Shown in pieces: positions 30,953 through 41,155 of a DNA stretch of 64,000 bases (the first letter of the stretch is position 1; the number at the start of each line of letters is the position of its first letter). The notes under the pieces were generated by a model. The model did no database searches. It saw nothing but the letters and a program-made list of their open reading frames with translations, and was not told the DNA's origin. Source of the DNA: an uncultured cyanobacterium. GTDB lineage: Bacteria; Cyanobacteriota; Cyanobacteriia; Cyanobacteriales; CAWUOF01. The position numbers were made by a program, and so were the translations under genes. The stretch covers positions 3,456,001-3,520,000 of the forward strand of contig CAVUSO010000001.1 of NCBI GenBank assembly GCA_963744145.1, written 5' to 3'.

Positions 30953-31939
30953 TCAAGCGACTTGATAGGAAATAGGTGAAATAGATTTTTGATGATTCTG
31001 AACTATTGGTGGCACTAATTCTTGCACAAGATGCCAAAAATATCCAATTGGTGGAATTGACAATCGATCGCGGGTGGTGACAAGTGCTACTTGACGGGTT
31101 AAAGCTGGTTCGGTCCAGGTATTCTTAGTCAGAACTGATGATGTTGAACCACTCGCGATCGGACGAATAGTGACAGTGGGATCGCAACGAGCATCTAATA
31201 AAGCTGACTGGGGTAACATTGCGATCATTTCTCCTTGTCGGACTACTCCGCGAAAAGCATCTGGACTATTTAGTTCTAAAGCTACTTGGAGATTTTGTCC
31301 ATGTCGCGAAAATTCTTCTTGGATCAGACGTTGCATTCCATAACCGTCTTTAAATACTATTTGAGAATAATGACTTAATTCTGACCAGGGTACTTGTTCA
31401 TATTGGGCTAGGGGATGATGAACAGCCATTAAGATTTCGATTGGTTCATCATAAAGGACTTCTACTACCATATCCTGACTAACCGTTAATTGTCGATTGT
31501 TCATCACGATCGCTAAATCTACTAGACCATCTTTCAAGACTTTTAACGCACGATCGCTCCCGAGGGAAGTAACTCGTAACTGTACCTCTGGGTAATTTTG
31601 ACAGAACTTCTGCAATACTGGGGGTAAATAATGAGCGCAGACCGAATGAATCGCAGCTACACATAATTCTGGCTGTTTCCCAGCTAATAAATCGGCTAAT
31701 TCCTGGGTAGCATTGTACCAGTGCTGACAAATTTTCCGAGCATTGGGTAAAAAACGCTCTCCTGCTAAGGTTAGTTTAGCCTGGACATTTCGATGAAACA
31801 GGGGTAACCCCAACGCAGCTTCTAATGCTTGCACCTGACGACTGATGGTTGATTGGGTAAAGCCACATTTTTTCGCTGCTTGTTGAAAACTACCTGTTTC
31901 CGCGACTGCTAGAAATGCTTGCAATTGCTCTAACCGCAT
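30953..31939 (-). CDS. ntcB: LysR-family nitrate-assimilation activator NtcB
   Basis: MRLEQLQAFLAVAETGSFQQAA..CG.TQSTISRQ; synteny with cnaT; NtcA promoter upstream. The TTG at 31978 lies inside the -10 box, so ATG 31939 is the likely start. Confidence 0.85.
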   Translation of the reverse strand: MRLEQLQAFLAVAETGSFQQAAKKCGFTQSTISRQVQALEAALGLPLFHRNVQAKLTLAGERFLPNARKICQHWYNATQELADLLAGKQPELCVAAIHSVCAHYLPPVLQKFCQNYPEVQLRVTSLGSDRALKVLKDGLVDLAIVMNNRQLTVSQDMVVEVLYDEPIEILMAVHHPLAQYEQVPWSELSHYSQIVFKDGYGMQRLIQEEFSRHGQNLQVALELNSPDAFRGVVRQGEMIAMLPQSALLDARCDPTVTIRPIASGSTSSVLTKNTWTEPALTRQVALVTTRDRLSIPPIGYFWHLVQELVPPIVQNHQKSISPISYQVA

Positions 31940-31976
31940 GATTATGTGGCCTAAATGACACTTTTGATTTAGTTTC

Positions 31977-32018
31977 AACCTAGCTGATCTACAAATTTGT
32001 TTTGGTACATTTTGATAC
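31977..32018 (-). promoter_or_regulatory. Class II NtcA-activated promoter of ntcB
   Basis: On the minus strand GTA-TCAAAATG-TAC (32018-32005), then exactly 22 nt, then TAGGTT (TAN3T, 31982-31977). Confidence 0.85.
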
Positions 32019-32066
32019 AGCCGATGCTCAATTAAGTCAAAAATCTATTGAATTTCCTCTGAAAAT

Positions 32067-33330
32067 ATGGAAGATTGGCATTTTACTCCCCCCCCTATTT
32101 CGGATTTGGGCGATCGCGAGGTTCCTCTAGTGGGTGAACATTTACGGGGAAAACGGGTTGCTCTGTTAATTACTGGTGGGATTGCAGCGATGAAAGTCCC
32201 ACTTTTAGCTCGCGCACTGCGTAAACAAGGTGCAGATGTAGTAGCTTTTACTTCTGAAGCAGCACTCCGTTATACGACGATTGATGCTTTAGAATGGAGT
32301 ACCACTAATCAAGTTGTCACTCAACTTACTGCTGCTGCTGAACATTTGAGCGATCGCGATCCTTTTCATGTTTATCTGCTAGCACCAGCAACTTATAATA
32401 CAATTAATAAAATGGCTTTGGGTATTGCTGATGGTGTAATTACTTCTACTCTAGCATCGGCAATCGGACGGATGGAACAAGGAAAAACCAAAATTATTAT
32501 TGCACCGACGATGCACGGTAGTTTACATAATTCAATTCTCACCGAGTCTTTGCAAAAATTACACCGCTTGGGAATTAAAATTATCCCCCCAAGGGAAGAT
32601 TATGGTAAACATAATCTTCCCAGTGAAGAAGTAATTGTAACTGAAGTTTGTCGATCTGTGAGTCTGTCTCTCCTCCGGGATGTTGCTATATTGGTGACGG
32701 GAGCGACCTACTCCTGTTCCGATTGATGGGATGCGTAGAATTACTAATCGCTTTACTGGGAAATTAGGGATGAATATAAGTTCTGAGCTGTTTTTAAGAG
32801 GTGCCCAGGTCAAACTAATTCAAGGTGATAGTGGTTATTCAGTCCCAGCTTATTTACCCGTTAAAATTGCTAGCACTTATGATGAATATCGCGCATTTGT
32901 TAAAGCAGAATTATCCCAAAAACCCTATCATTTTGGCATATTTTCCGCAGCCGTAGCTGACTATAAACCAGAAATAGTTTTTCCTGGCAAAATTCCTAGT
33001 GGTGGGGTACTCCAAACCATAAAATTGGTGCCAACTGTCAAGGTAATTGATGAGGTAAAGGATAATTTTCCTGACCTGTATATGGTAACATTTAAGTATG
33101 AAGAAGGAGTTAGTCACGATGAATTGTTAGCGATCGCTTTAGCCAAAATTCAACGTGGTTATCCGACAATTGTCGCTAATCGTGGTGAAGAAACTGGTGT
33201 AAATGGTGAACAGATTGCTTATTTAATTACGGCTGAGGAAATATCACAGCCATTGGTAGGTAAACAAAATATTGCGATCGCGATCGCTAATCATTTAGAA
33301 AAAATTTGGCATCTCAGACAAGCAAACTGA
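32067..33330 (+). pseudogene. coaBC: CoaBC-like phosphopantothenoylcysteine decarboxylase/ligase split by a +1 frameshift near 32704
   Basis: ITGGIAA.K, APAT.NTINK.A.GIAD, PTM; second ORF RITNRFTG.LG, FSAAVADY, IVANR. Removing one base restores VTGGPTPVPIDGMRRITN. Confidence 0.8.
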
Positions 33331-33465
33331 AAATTTTCCGGTTATAGAGGTACAAAAAAGCCAGAAATTCTGCTAAAATCATCAGATAGCGACTGGCAAA
33401 TTAATGTCCAAAAGCTGGTAGCAAAAACTTGTTCAATTGTCGAAAAAATCTCCTGAAAAAATCCA

Positions 33466-34278
33466 TTGAAAACTCAAACCTCTCCTCTCCTCCCAGCAGT
33501 TTATATCGTCGGTGCGGGTCCGGGTGATCCAGAATTACTCACGGTGAAAGCTCAGAAAATTTTAGCCCAAGCAGATCTAATTTTATTTGCTGACTCCTTA
33601 GTACCAAAAGAAATTTTACAGGAAGTTCGTGCTGATGTCGAAATTATTCCGACCGGGAATAAAACCCTCGAAGAGATTTTACCGATGATGATCGCTCAAG
33701 TGCGATCGGGTAAATCAGTTGTTCGTCTCCACTCGGGAGATCCCTGTCTGTATGGTGCTGTATATGAACAAATCCAAGCTCTAGTAACAGCGGAAATTCC
33801 TTTTGAAATTATTCCTGGGATTAGTGCTTTTCAAGCCGCAGCCGCTAAACTGAAAGTAGAATTGACTGTACCAGGATTAGTCCAAACTATTATCCTAACT
33901 CGGATTAGTGGTCGGGCTTCATCAGTTCCCGAAACTGAAGAATTAGCTAGTTTAGCAGCTCATCAAGCTAGTCTTTGTCTTTATCTGAGCGCTCGTCATA
34001 TTGAAGATGCACAAGCTAAATTACTCCAACATTACCCAGCTAATACCCCAGTAGCAATTTGTTTTCGACTTGGTTGGTCAGATGAAAGAATTTTAGTTGT
34101 CCCCCTTGACAAAATTGCCACGGTTACACAATCGGAAAATTTAATCAGAACTACCCTCTATGTCATTAGTCCCGCTTTAGCGACCATTGAGACAAACACC
34201 ACCGCGCGATCGCGTCTTTATGATCCAGAATATAGTCATCTATTTCGTCTAGCGAGGAAAACTGCATCAGAATCTTGA
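33466..34278 (+). CDS. cobM: Precorrin-4 C11-methyltransferase
   Basis: VGAGPGDPELLTVKA, RLHSGDP.LYGA, IPGISAFQAAAA.L..ELTVP.L.QTIILTR, SRLYD..YSH.FR. Confidence 0.93.
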   Translation: MKTQTSPLLPAVYIVGAGPGDPELLTVKAQKILAQADLILFADSLVPKEILQEVRADVEIIPTGNKTLEEILPMMIAQVRSGKSVVRLHSGDPCLYGAVYEQIQALVTAEIPFEIIPGISAFQAAAAKLKVELTVPGLVQTIILTRISGRASSVPETEELASLAAHQASLCLYLSARHIEDAQAKLLQHYPANTPVAICFRLGWSDERILVVPLDKIATVTQSENLIRTTLYVISPALATIETNTTARSRLYDPEYSHLFRLARKTASES

Positions 34279-34315
34279 TACACTAACCAAATCAAAGACA
34301 ACAGGAGGTAAATTA

Positions 34316-34795
34316 GTGCTAGACGAACAAGCGAAGAAAACCTTGCTCCGCAAAATTCCCCACGGAGTATATATTTGTGGTGTTAAGGAAGGTGATGAAG
34401 TCAATGGATTTACTGCGACTTGGGTCATGCAAGCTTCCTTTAAACCTCCCTTGGTCGTCAATTGTGTGAAACAAGACTCGCGATCGCATGGTATGATCAA
34501 AGCTAGTGGTTTATTTGCGATTAGCTTTTTGGATGATAGTCAAAAAGAATTAGCGCAAAAATTCTTCCAACCACGTCGTAGAGTTGGGAATAGATTTGAA
34601 GATGTAGAATTTTATCTGGGAGAAACAGGTTGTCCGATTATTTCAGAAGCGCTCGGATACATAGAATGTAAAGTAGTCGGAGTAGTTGAACAAGGTGATC
34701 ACACTGTTTATGTGGGTGAAGTAATTGCTGCTGGAGTTCATCGAGATGCTAATCCATTGATTCTAGAAAGCACTGGTTGGCAATATGGTGGTTAA
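34316..34795 (+). CDS. Flavin reductase-like protein
   Basis: LRKIPHGVY, NGFTATWV.QASF.PPLV, GDHTVYVGEV. Confidence 0.9.
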   Translation: MLDEQAKKTLLRKIPHGVYICGVKEGDEVNGFTATWVMQASFKPPLVVNCVKQDSRSHGMIKASGLFAISFLDDSQKELAQKFFQPRRRVGNRFEDVEFYLGETGCPIISEALGYIECKVVGVVEQGDHTVYVGEVIAAGVHRDANPLILESTGWQYGG

Positions 34796-34819
34796 TCAAC
34801 AATAATCAAGAACTAAATT

Positions 34820-35170
34820 ATGCCTCTAATCAAAATTCAAACTTCTATTACTGCACCGGAAAAATCCACGGTTGAAGCACTTTTGAAAAATCTTTCGGCG
34901 AAATTAGCTAAACATTTAGGAAAGCCAGAATCTTATGTGATGACTGCTTTTGACCCTGATGTAGCTATGACTTTTGCTGGTACATTAGACCCTGTTTGTT
35001 ACATAGAAATCAAAAGTATTGGCACTATGAGTCCGACTCAAACTAAGTCAATGAGTCAAGACTTTTGTGCAGAAATTACGGAAAAATTGGGCGTACCATC
35101 TAATCGTATTTATATCGAGTTTGCTGATGCAACAGGTGCGATGTGGGGTTGGAATGGAGGTACTTTTTAA
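34820..35170 (+). CDS. MIF-family tautomerase (phenylpyruvate tautomerase-like)
   Basis: N-terminal catalytic Pro (MPLIKIQT), GKPESYVM, RIYIEF.D...MWGWNG.TF. Confidence 0.92.
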   Translation: MPLIKIQTSITAPEKSTVEALLKNLSAKLAKHLGKPESYVMTAFDPDVAMTFAGTLDPVCYIEIKSIGTMSPTQTKSMSQDFCAEITEKLGVPSNRIYIEFADATGAMWGWNGGTF

Positions 35171-35814
35171 GGTTTAATAAATTCCCCCCTAGGTAAAAAG
35201 CAGGGTTTTTTCCTGTTCGATACTCGCATTATTAGACCTAACCCCCCAACCCCCTTCCCTACTAGGGAAGGGGGAGTAATTAAGATGGCTGTTTTGTGCT
35301 AGTAACGTGGTAAGAAGCTTTCAGGACATCACAGCTACCTTAAATAAGATAACAGCTCCACATCGATCATCGCGATATGCTATAATTTTGATCGGATCAC
35401 CTCTAATCGCCGAATATGTGGACAAATATGGACTAAACGACCTTAATCAAAAAAAAGAACACCTTTGCGCTTCAAAAGTGGTGATTCTCTCTGGCATATC
35501 TGCTGGCATTACAGATAGAAGCTACGATATTGTTCTTTTCAGACCCGCCTCGATATGGCGTTTAAAACTCTGATTACTCAGGTAATTTTTTCCTCGTCAA
35601 TGTTACTTAGGCTTGTTCGGCTCAACTCACTTCCTTAGCTAAATAGGGATGTTTAAAGTTGAACGGCAGAGCTACAAGCTGGAAAGCACAAGGCAGGTGC
35701 CATGACCTAAATAATGTAGTCCGGTTAAGAACTAAGACTGGCCATCTCTACACTTTATGTACTGGTTGTCCAGATATGTCCAGTGTTTAGCGGATAGCGA
35801 TCGAGGATATAAGA

Positions 35815-36417
35815 TTGAGTTACTACCGACAACAACATCAGGTTTTTCCTGCTTCCTACCTTGCTGATCTCCAAGGGGAAATACTGTCTTGTCCTTATTT
35901 TACGGTCAACAACCTTAATCGGGATTTTGTTGGTACAAAAGGTTTTTCTATTGTATTTCACCGTGGTGCTATCAGTCAAGTCGAACAACGCTTTCCTTTT
36001 TTTAAACCTTACCTAACAGTTGCACTACAACCAAACTGTAATGCTTTTTATCTCAATCCTTTGTGGTTAAAAACAGGTTCTCGTGTTGATCCTCACATCG
36101 ATCGCAGTTTGAGATCCTATTGCAAAAATATCGATCCACCCTTATGGGTTAGTGTCTTATATGTTCAAGTTCCCCCACAACTAGAAGGAGGAGAGTTAAT
36201 CTTAAAAAATGGTAAACGTCAAGTTGGACAAATTCGTCCAAAAATTAACACCCTAATTTGCTTTCAAGGTGATTTAACTCATTCCGTTAATCAAGTCACC
36301 AGTCAGGGAAATCGTCTTAGCTTGGTTTGCGAACAATATAGTCTTACTCCTGAAGAACTTGAGGAAATACCCGAATTCAGGATTGAATCTAGATCAGTTA
36401 AATCTGTTCGCTCTTAA
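35815..36417 (+). CDS. 2OG-Fe(II) oxygenase superfamily protein
   Basis: HxD (PHID), VSVLY, GGEL, distal H (LTHSV) and RxS (RLSLV). Confidence 0.85.
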   Translation: MSYYRQQHQVFPASYLADLQGEILSCPYFTVNNLNRDFVGTKGFSIVFHRGAISQVEQRFPFFKPYLTVALQPNCNAFYLNPLWLKTGSRVDPHIDRSLRSYCKNIDPPLWVSVLYVQVPPQLEGGELILKNGKRQVGQIRPKINTLICFQGDLTHSVNQVTSQGNRLSLVCEQYSLTPEELEEIPEFRIESRSVKSVRS

Positions 36418-36584
36418 TGTTAATCATAACCAAGATCAAATTGGGGTGGATCAAGTTAAAACCCCTAACTAAGAAATGCGATCGCACAAGTGATTTTAGT
36501 CAAATTTATACTCACACTCAGGACAATTTTTCGTCAAGCCAGGGTGAGGAGCAATAGCAATAATTTATTTTCAGTAGTCAATCC

Positions 36585-36908
36585 TTATGCAAATTGCAAG
36601 TTGAACCCACTATTTTGAAAATTTGTCCATTCATATTCCCAGGATGCTGTACAGAAATTGTCATCAGCATCGGAAAATTCTTCCACTACTTCATCAAAGT
36701 TTGCTAACAGCTCTGCATATTCAGGAGAAAAAATTTCCAAATCTTCAATACCCAGATCACTATAAGAATTACTAGATTGTGCCAGTTGCTCACTGGTTGT
36801 CACGAGGTTCGCTAATAGCTCCTCATAATCAGTATCAAAAACTTCTATATCGCAGATGGCAGTAAGGGGGTCGTTAACAATACCGGGGAAAAGATTAGCT
36901 AGAAGCAT
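36585..36908 (-). CDS. Small acidic hypothetical protein with an internal repeat
   Basis: 107 aa, no Lys or Arg; IEVFDTDYEELLANL / LEIFSPEYAELLANF. Confidence 0.55.
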   Translation of the reverse strand: MLLANLFPGIVNDPLTAICDIEVFDTDYEELLANLVTTSEQLAQSSNSYSDLGIEDLEIFSPEYAELLANFDEVVEEFSDADDNFCTASWEYEWTNFQNSGFNLQFA

Positions 36909-37165
36909 GGGAGGTTACCTGAACTCGATATTTTTATTATTACCTATTTTTCTCGATTTGGTACGTGAGAATACTGATGATTTTTTGTGATTTGCGTCAT
37001 ATAGCCCCGATTGTTGAGGCTGATTAGGGGACATAACCGAAAATACTCATGCGATCGCGCTTAATGTAAAGTTTTATGTAGTTTTGTCCCATTGAGAGTC
37101 GGGCGTTGCTTAATCAGGGTATAAAAATCAATCGGGGCGTATGGCCATACGCCCCTACAAATTAT

Positions 37166-38134
37166 TTATTCATACCGTAAATCAGCAACGCCGTAATTAG
37201 TAATTAACAGTTCCGTAATTTTTCCTCTTTTTTGTCCATCACAATTAATTGCTCTACTTGCCGAAACTTTGAAAATATTGTAACCTATATATGCCTTTTC
37301 AAAAAAAATATCATCAGAATTTTCATTAGTAGGGTCTGAATTAGAAAGCATTAACTTGGCTTTTTTTTCTCGATCTAATTTTTGAAAAAAAATAGCTAAT
37401 TGAAGTTGTTGTTTATCCGTAAATCCTGCTCCTATATAAGTTGTAAAACTTGCGGTTTGACTAATGGGTCTGTAAGGTGGGTCAAGATAGACAAAAGTAT
37501 TTTCTGAAACTTGATCAAAACAAGCAGAATAATCAGCATAAACAATCTCTGCCTTTTGTAAAACTCTGTGAACAGCTAAAATGTTAGCTTCATCAAAAAT
37601 CTTAGCTGTTTTATATTTGCCAAAAGGTACATTAAACTCACCTTTTGAGTTTAAACGGAATAACCCATTAAAACAAGTTTTATTCAGAAAAATAAATTGT
37701 GCAGCTCTAGTAACCCAATTATCCGATAATTTTTTATAATTTATTTCAAATCTTTGGAGATTAAAATGTTGCCGAACTGCTAAAAATAAATTATTGCGGT
37801 TTTCTGGTACTGTTTGGTTATATTCTTCTTGATATTGTTCTAAAAAATTCAGGAGATGATGAGGTTTTTTTTTAATTACCTGATAAGTCAAAATTAAATC
37901 TTTATTCAAATCTGATAAATAAGCAGTTTCAATTTTATCACTCAAAGCAAAAAATAAAGCACCTCCACCTAAAAAAGGTTCAACATAATTCTTAATTACT
38001 CCTTCCTGAAGTTCCTTTGGATAGTAATTTTCCAATTGTTCTAATAATTGGTTTTTTCCTCCTGCCCACTTGATAAAAGGTTTAGCTTTTATTTCGATCA
38101 TTTTTTTAATTTTTATTGACCTGGTTATTGACAT
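37166..38134 (-). CDS. Dam/DpnIIA-type N6-adenine DNA methyltransferase (D12 class)
   Basis: KPFIKWAGGK, YVEPFLGGGA, CFNGLFR.N..G.FNVPFG, FVYLDPPY, LSNSD, ELLITNY; no adjacent endonuclease gene seen. Confidence 0.93.
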   Translation of the reverse strand: MSITRSIKIKKMIEIKAKPFIKWAGGKNQLLEQLENYYPKELQEGVIKNYVEPFLGGGALFFALSDKIETAYLSDLNKDLILTYQVIKKKPHHLLNFLEQYQEEYNQTVPENRNNLFLAVRQHFNLQRFEINYKKLSDNWVTRAAQFIFLNKTCFNGLFRLNSKGEFNVPFGKYKTAKIFDEANILAVHRVLQKAEIVYADYSACFDQVSENTFVYLDPPYRPISQTASFTTYIGAGFTDKQQLQLAIFFQKLDREKKAKLMLSNSDPTNENSDDIFFEKAYIGYNIFKVSASRAINCDGQKRGKITELLITNYGVADLRYE

Positions 38135-38431
38135 GGTTATTGGATTAAAAAGGGATTTACATATTATAGCAATCTATAAGTATATCAGTTTTTTTTAAAT
38201 TTATACTAAGCTGTTGTGTATTTAGATTGAGATGATTCAATATAGGGCCACACATAGAGAAATGATCCAGAGAGTTACAGGAGTGAAGGCGATCGCCCCC
38301 CAAGACATCCAAATATTGGCTACAAGACACAAGTGCAGGGTTAAATGCGATCGCTCCCACTAAACAGCGAACTCTACCAAAATTACCCGTCATTGGGCTG
38401 TCAAGAGAATTTTGCAATGTTTCTATAATGT

Positions 38432-38855
38432 TGGGATAATGAAACGTAACATCTGAATGGTAAAAACTCCATAACTTGACAGGAGATGAATTATCTGCCC
38501 AGTATAAAGTAAACTTAGAAAGTTATTTTGAATATAAAAACAGGCCAAAAGACAGAAGAAATTATCAAAAATGTACGGTTGCGTTTAGCTTGGCTTTGCC
38601 AGCAATAATTGACCAATTCTTCAGAGAATGGCAAGAAAACCTCCCCGAACTCACGGACTTTCAAAAACAACAACTAGACCAGATCAAAGCGGGTTTTTTC
38701 AATTTATTAGAACATCCACCCCTGGTTGTCCTGTCAGGTTTAATACTTCACCATGTTTAGGATTAAGATTTGATAGCGATCACTACTCATTTAGACAGAG
38801 AAGACAGCGCGATCGCTATAAGCGGAGGTTGAGTATTGTTAAAAAACAGACATGA
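38432..38855 (+). pseudogene. Collapsed mosaic copy of the 41.3-47.8 kb locus
   Basis: 38432-38465 matches 41281-41314 (32/34); 38467-38611 is a diverged copy of 44776-44922; 38610-38720 is identical to 45076-45186; about 38789-38855 resembles about 47695-47765. Confidence 0.8.
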
Positions 38856-39127
38856 GCCAAGTAACAGGGTTGGCGATCGCAATGTTAAGATTATTAACAT
38901 CCCTAAGCTAACCCTTCGCAAGATTTGGGAATATTTGACTAAGTTGGTAAGAATTAGAAGGTTTTGGCTGATCGACCGGGACTGCTGTTTAAGTGGATGC
39001 TAGGTGATTTATTGGTGGCTACTTTGGATAGGATGGTGAGGGATAGAGATGCAGCGATCGCGTTTTTGGGTTTACGTTATCCGCGATCGCGATCGAAAAC
39101 AAAACCCACCTACGCGGGTTGAAATTT

Positions 39128-39769
39128 TTATGCCGATACATCCCTTCCTCGACCAATTTTTGCGGAACAGCAAATAGAGGGAACCTTGCAATAGCGACAT
39201 TCCCAATCGCTAGGTTTTGGGTTGGGAGGTTGAGAATTGCAAAGCATGGCAATTAACTGCTGCAAACGCTGTCTAAATTGCTCATTAACAGACCATTTGG
39301 GAATATCTAAAATGTGATTTGGATAAACTAAGCGGCCATGCGGAATGTGACCTTTAAACAAATGTTTGGTTTCGGGTGCAAAGGGCAATATTGACATATA
39401 GAGAAGCATTTGCATTTTATGGGAATCTTTGAGTTTCCCTGTTTTGATATCTTCGACAACGACCCAATCATCTTTGATCGCAATAATATCAGGTCTGCCA
39501 GCAACACAGATGTCAAAGGTTTGACCTTGATATTTGAAGGAGTTTTGATTTTCGACATAGACAGTGAAATCTTCATTTTGTAATTGTAATGCTCGTTGAA
39601 TCAGCATTTCCTCATGTTCTGAGGGGTCAAAGGTACTCGGTTGTTTTTCAAATTGATAGTGTGTTAGTTTCCATAATGCGTGTAGGCAATCTTTTTCGTT
39701 TGCTAGAAGTTGGGCAATCCCTGTTACAGTGGCGTAAAGATTTCGTCTTTTTTGCGCTTGTGTAGGCAT
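39128..39769 (-). CDS. Solo Cas4-like PD-(D/E)XK nuclease with probable Fe-S cluster
   Basis: GRPDII, VEDIKTG, QMLLY (RecB-like motifs); one N-terminal Cys (KDCLH) plus C-terminal CRYC.....C. Confidence 0.8.
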   Translation of the reverse strand: MPTQAQKRRNLYATVTGIAQLLANEKDCLHALWKLTHYQFEKQPSTFDPSEHEEMLIQRALQLQNEDFTVYVENQNSFKYQGQTFDICVAGRPDIIAIKDDWVVVEDIKTGKLKDSHKMQMLLYMSILPFAPETKHLFKGHIPHGRLVYPNHILDIPKWSVNEQFRQRLQQLIAMLCNSQPPNPKPSDWECRYCKVPSICCSAKIGRGRDVSA

Positions 39770-39858
39770 ATTTTTTAGAGATGTGTTTAGGATGTATTTA
39801 CCATGACACCCACTCCCAAATGATGTCTAGTTAATTTCATATAATTATTTGTAAAAAT

Positions 39859-39926
39859 AAATGATGATTTTGACTAATTAAATGATTTTAAATGATCCCA
39901 AATTATAGTAAATAATTTTAAATAAT
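39859..39926. promoter_or_regulatory. 10-bp phased AAAT(G/A/T)AT repeats in a divergent intergenic region
   Basis: Copies at 39880, 39890, 39900, 39910, 39920, plus AAATGAT at 39859 and 39818. Confidence 0.45.
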
Positions 39927-40005
39927 GACTTAGCATTAAGGAGTTGTCAGCTAGATATAAGCTTGCTAAGATAAGTATATAAAGCTAAGATTAGGTAGTT
40001 GATAG

Positions 40006-40965
40006 ATGAAGATCAAGCAAAATTTTCAAAACCAAATCGCTGAATTACTGTTTGGTAACAATCTGAGTGAGGAGAAAGTTTGTTTCCTTGAGCGATTTGC
40101 CCCGGAGAATCACCCGAATAACAGAAAACGCACTCATAAAGAAATTGCTAAACTGATGAAAAAAGTTTTAACAGTTTATTGTGAAGAGAAAATAAATCAA
40201 ACTATTCGGAAGGTGATTGAGGTAGTTCATAAAGCCTACGAAGAAGAAATGAAAGCGGATCGCGTAAATACTGAGGCGTTGTTAAATCTCCAACCAGGGG
40301 GGACACTTAAAGTAAAAGAGGATGAAGAAAGTCACAAAAAGTTTAGTCCTTGGCAAAAGGTTTATAGCTGGCTTTGGAATCACAAATATCTGCGGTGGCT
40401 TGAGGTGAATAGCTGGAAAATATTGCAGGAAAATGCTAAATCACCTCCCAATTGGCTACAATTTTTAACAAAAGAAGAAATGGCATCGGTACAAAGAGGC
40501 ACTAGAGCCTTAATTATCCCACCGCCACCACCTTCGGTACATAAAATCACGCCCAGTATTCCTGCAAATGAGTCGCTTTGGATAGTAATTAATTTGGCAT
40601 TCAAGAAGTATCAATTGCTGTTATTAAATTGCAGCCAACAGGGGCAAGCTTTGCTCTGTCCATCTGCCGCTTATGCGCCGAATTCTCTGATCGAAAAATC
40701 GCCGATTTTGTTACCTCAAAAAGATGCTTGGGCGGGTAAGACGGAGGAAAAATTTATCTTTGGAGAAGCAGGAAAGGAGGAATTTTTAGCAATTGCGTTG
40801 GAGAATCCTGTGAATTTAGCCTGGTTGACTCCCCGTGAAGAGGAAGCGTTACCAGAATGGAATGCGGAACGGATTAAGGAGTTATTTGAACAGTTGGAAA
40901 AACAGGAAAAATGGCACGTTTTTTATCAAAATTTTGAGGTTGTGGAACAAAAAAAAGAAGCCTAG
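40006..40965 (+). CDS. Hypothetical protein: N-terminal HTH-like region, Pro-rich linker, C-terminal DUF4384-like domain
   Basis: RTHKEIAKLM helix; YQLLLLN...LLCPS..YAP...LP...G.EEFLAI pattern. Confidence 0.65.
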   Translation: MKIKQNFQNQIAELLFGNNLSEEKVCFLERFAPENHPNNRKRTHKEIAKLMKKVLTVYCEEKINQTIRKVIEVVHKAYEEEMKADRVNTEALLNLQPGGTLKVKEDEESHKKFSPWQKVYSWLWNHKYLRWLEVNSWKILQENAKSPPNWLQFLTKEEMASVQRGTRALIIPPPPPSVHKITPSIPANESLWIVINLAFKKYQLLLLNCSQQGQALLCPSAAYAPNSLIEKSPILLPQKDAWAGKTEEKFIFGEAGKEEFLAIALENPVNLAWLTPREEEALPEWNAERIKELFEQLEKQEKWHVFYQNFEVVEQKKEA

Positions 40966-41155
40966 AAACCGGGTTTCTAAATCTGCTTTCAACTTGCTAT
41001 GATGATTTTATCTTCTCATTGTAATAGCGATCGCAATCGTTTGTAGTAAGGGCTGTCTTCCCCCTTAACCCATTGACGGCTTATTATAGCTAGTGAGTTG
41101 GGTTTAAGGACAGCATAGGTGTAGCCAATGAAAAGCCATAAACCTAGTTTCTCAC

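Noticed and set aside
35307..35750. 88-aa ORF and a possible transposase scrap (MFKVERQSYKLEST)
   Set aside because: Too short and degenerate to assign; no IS ends found.
37166..38134. Complete DpnII-like restriction-modification system
   Set aside because: No cognate endonuclease gene adjacent; the nearby nucleases are of other types.
38467..38611. Diverged copy of the TPR-CHAT 3' end as a DGR template repeat
   Set aside because: Mismatches involve C, G and T as well as A and include an indel; no RT nearby. Better explained as a paralog remnant.
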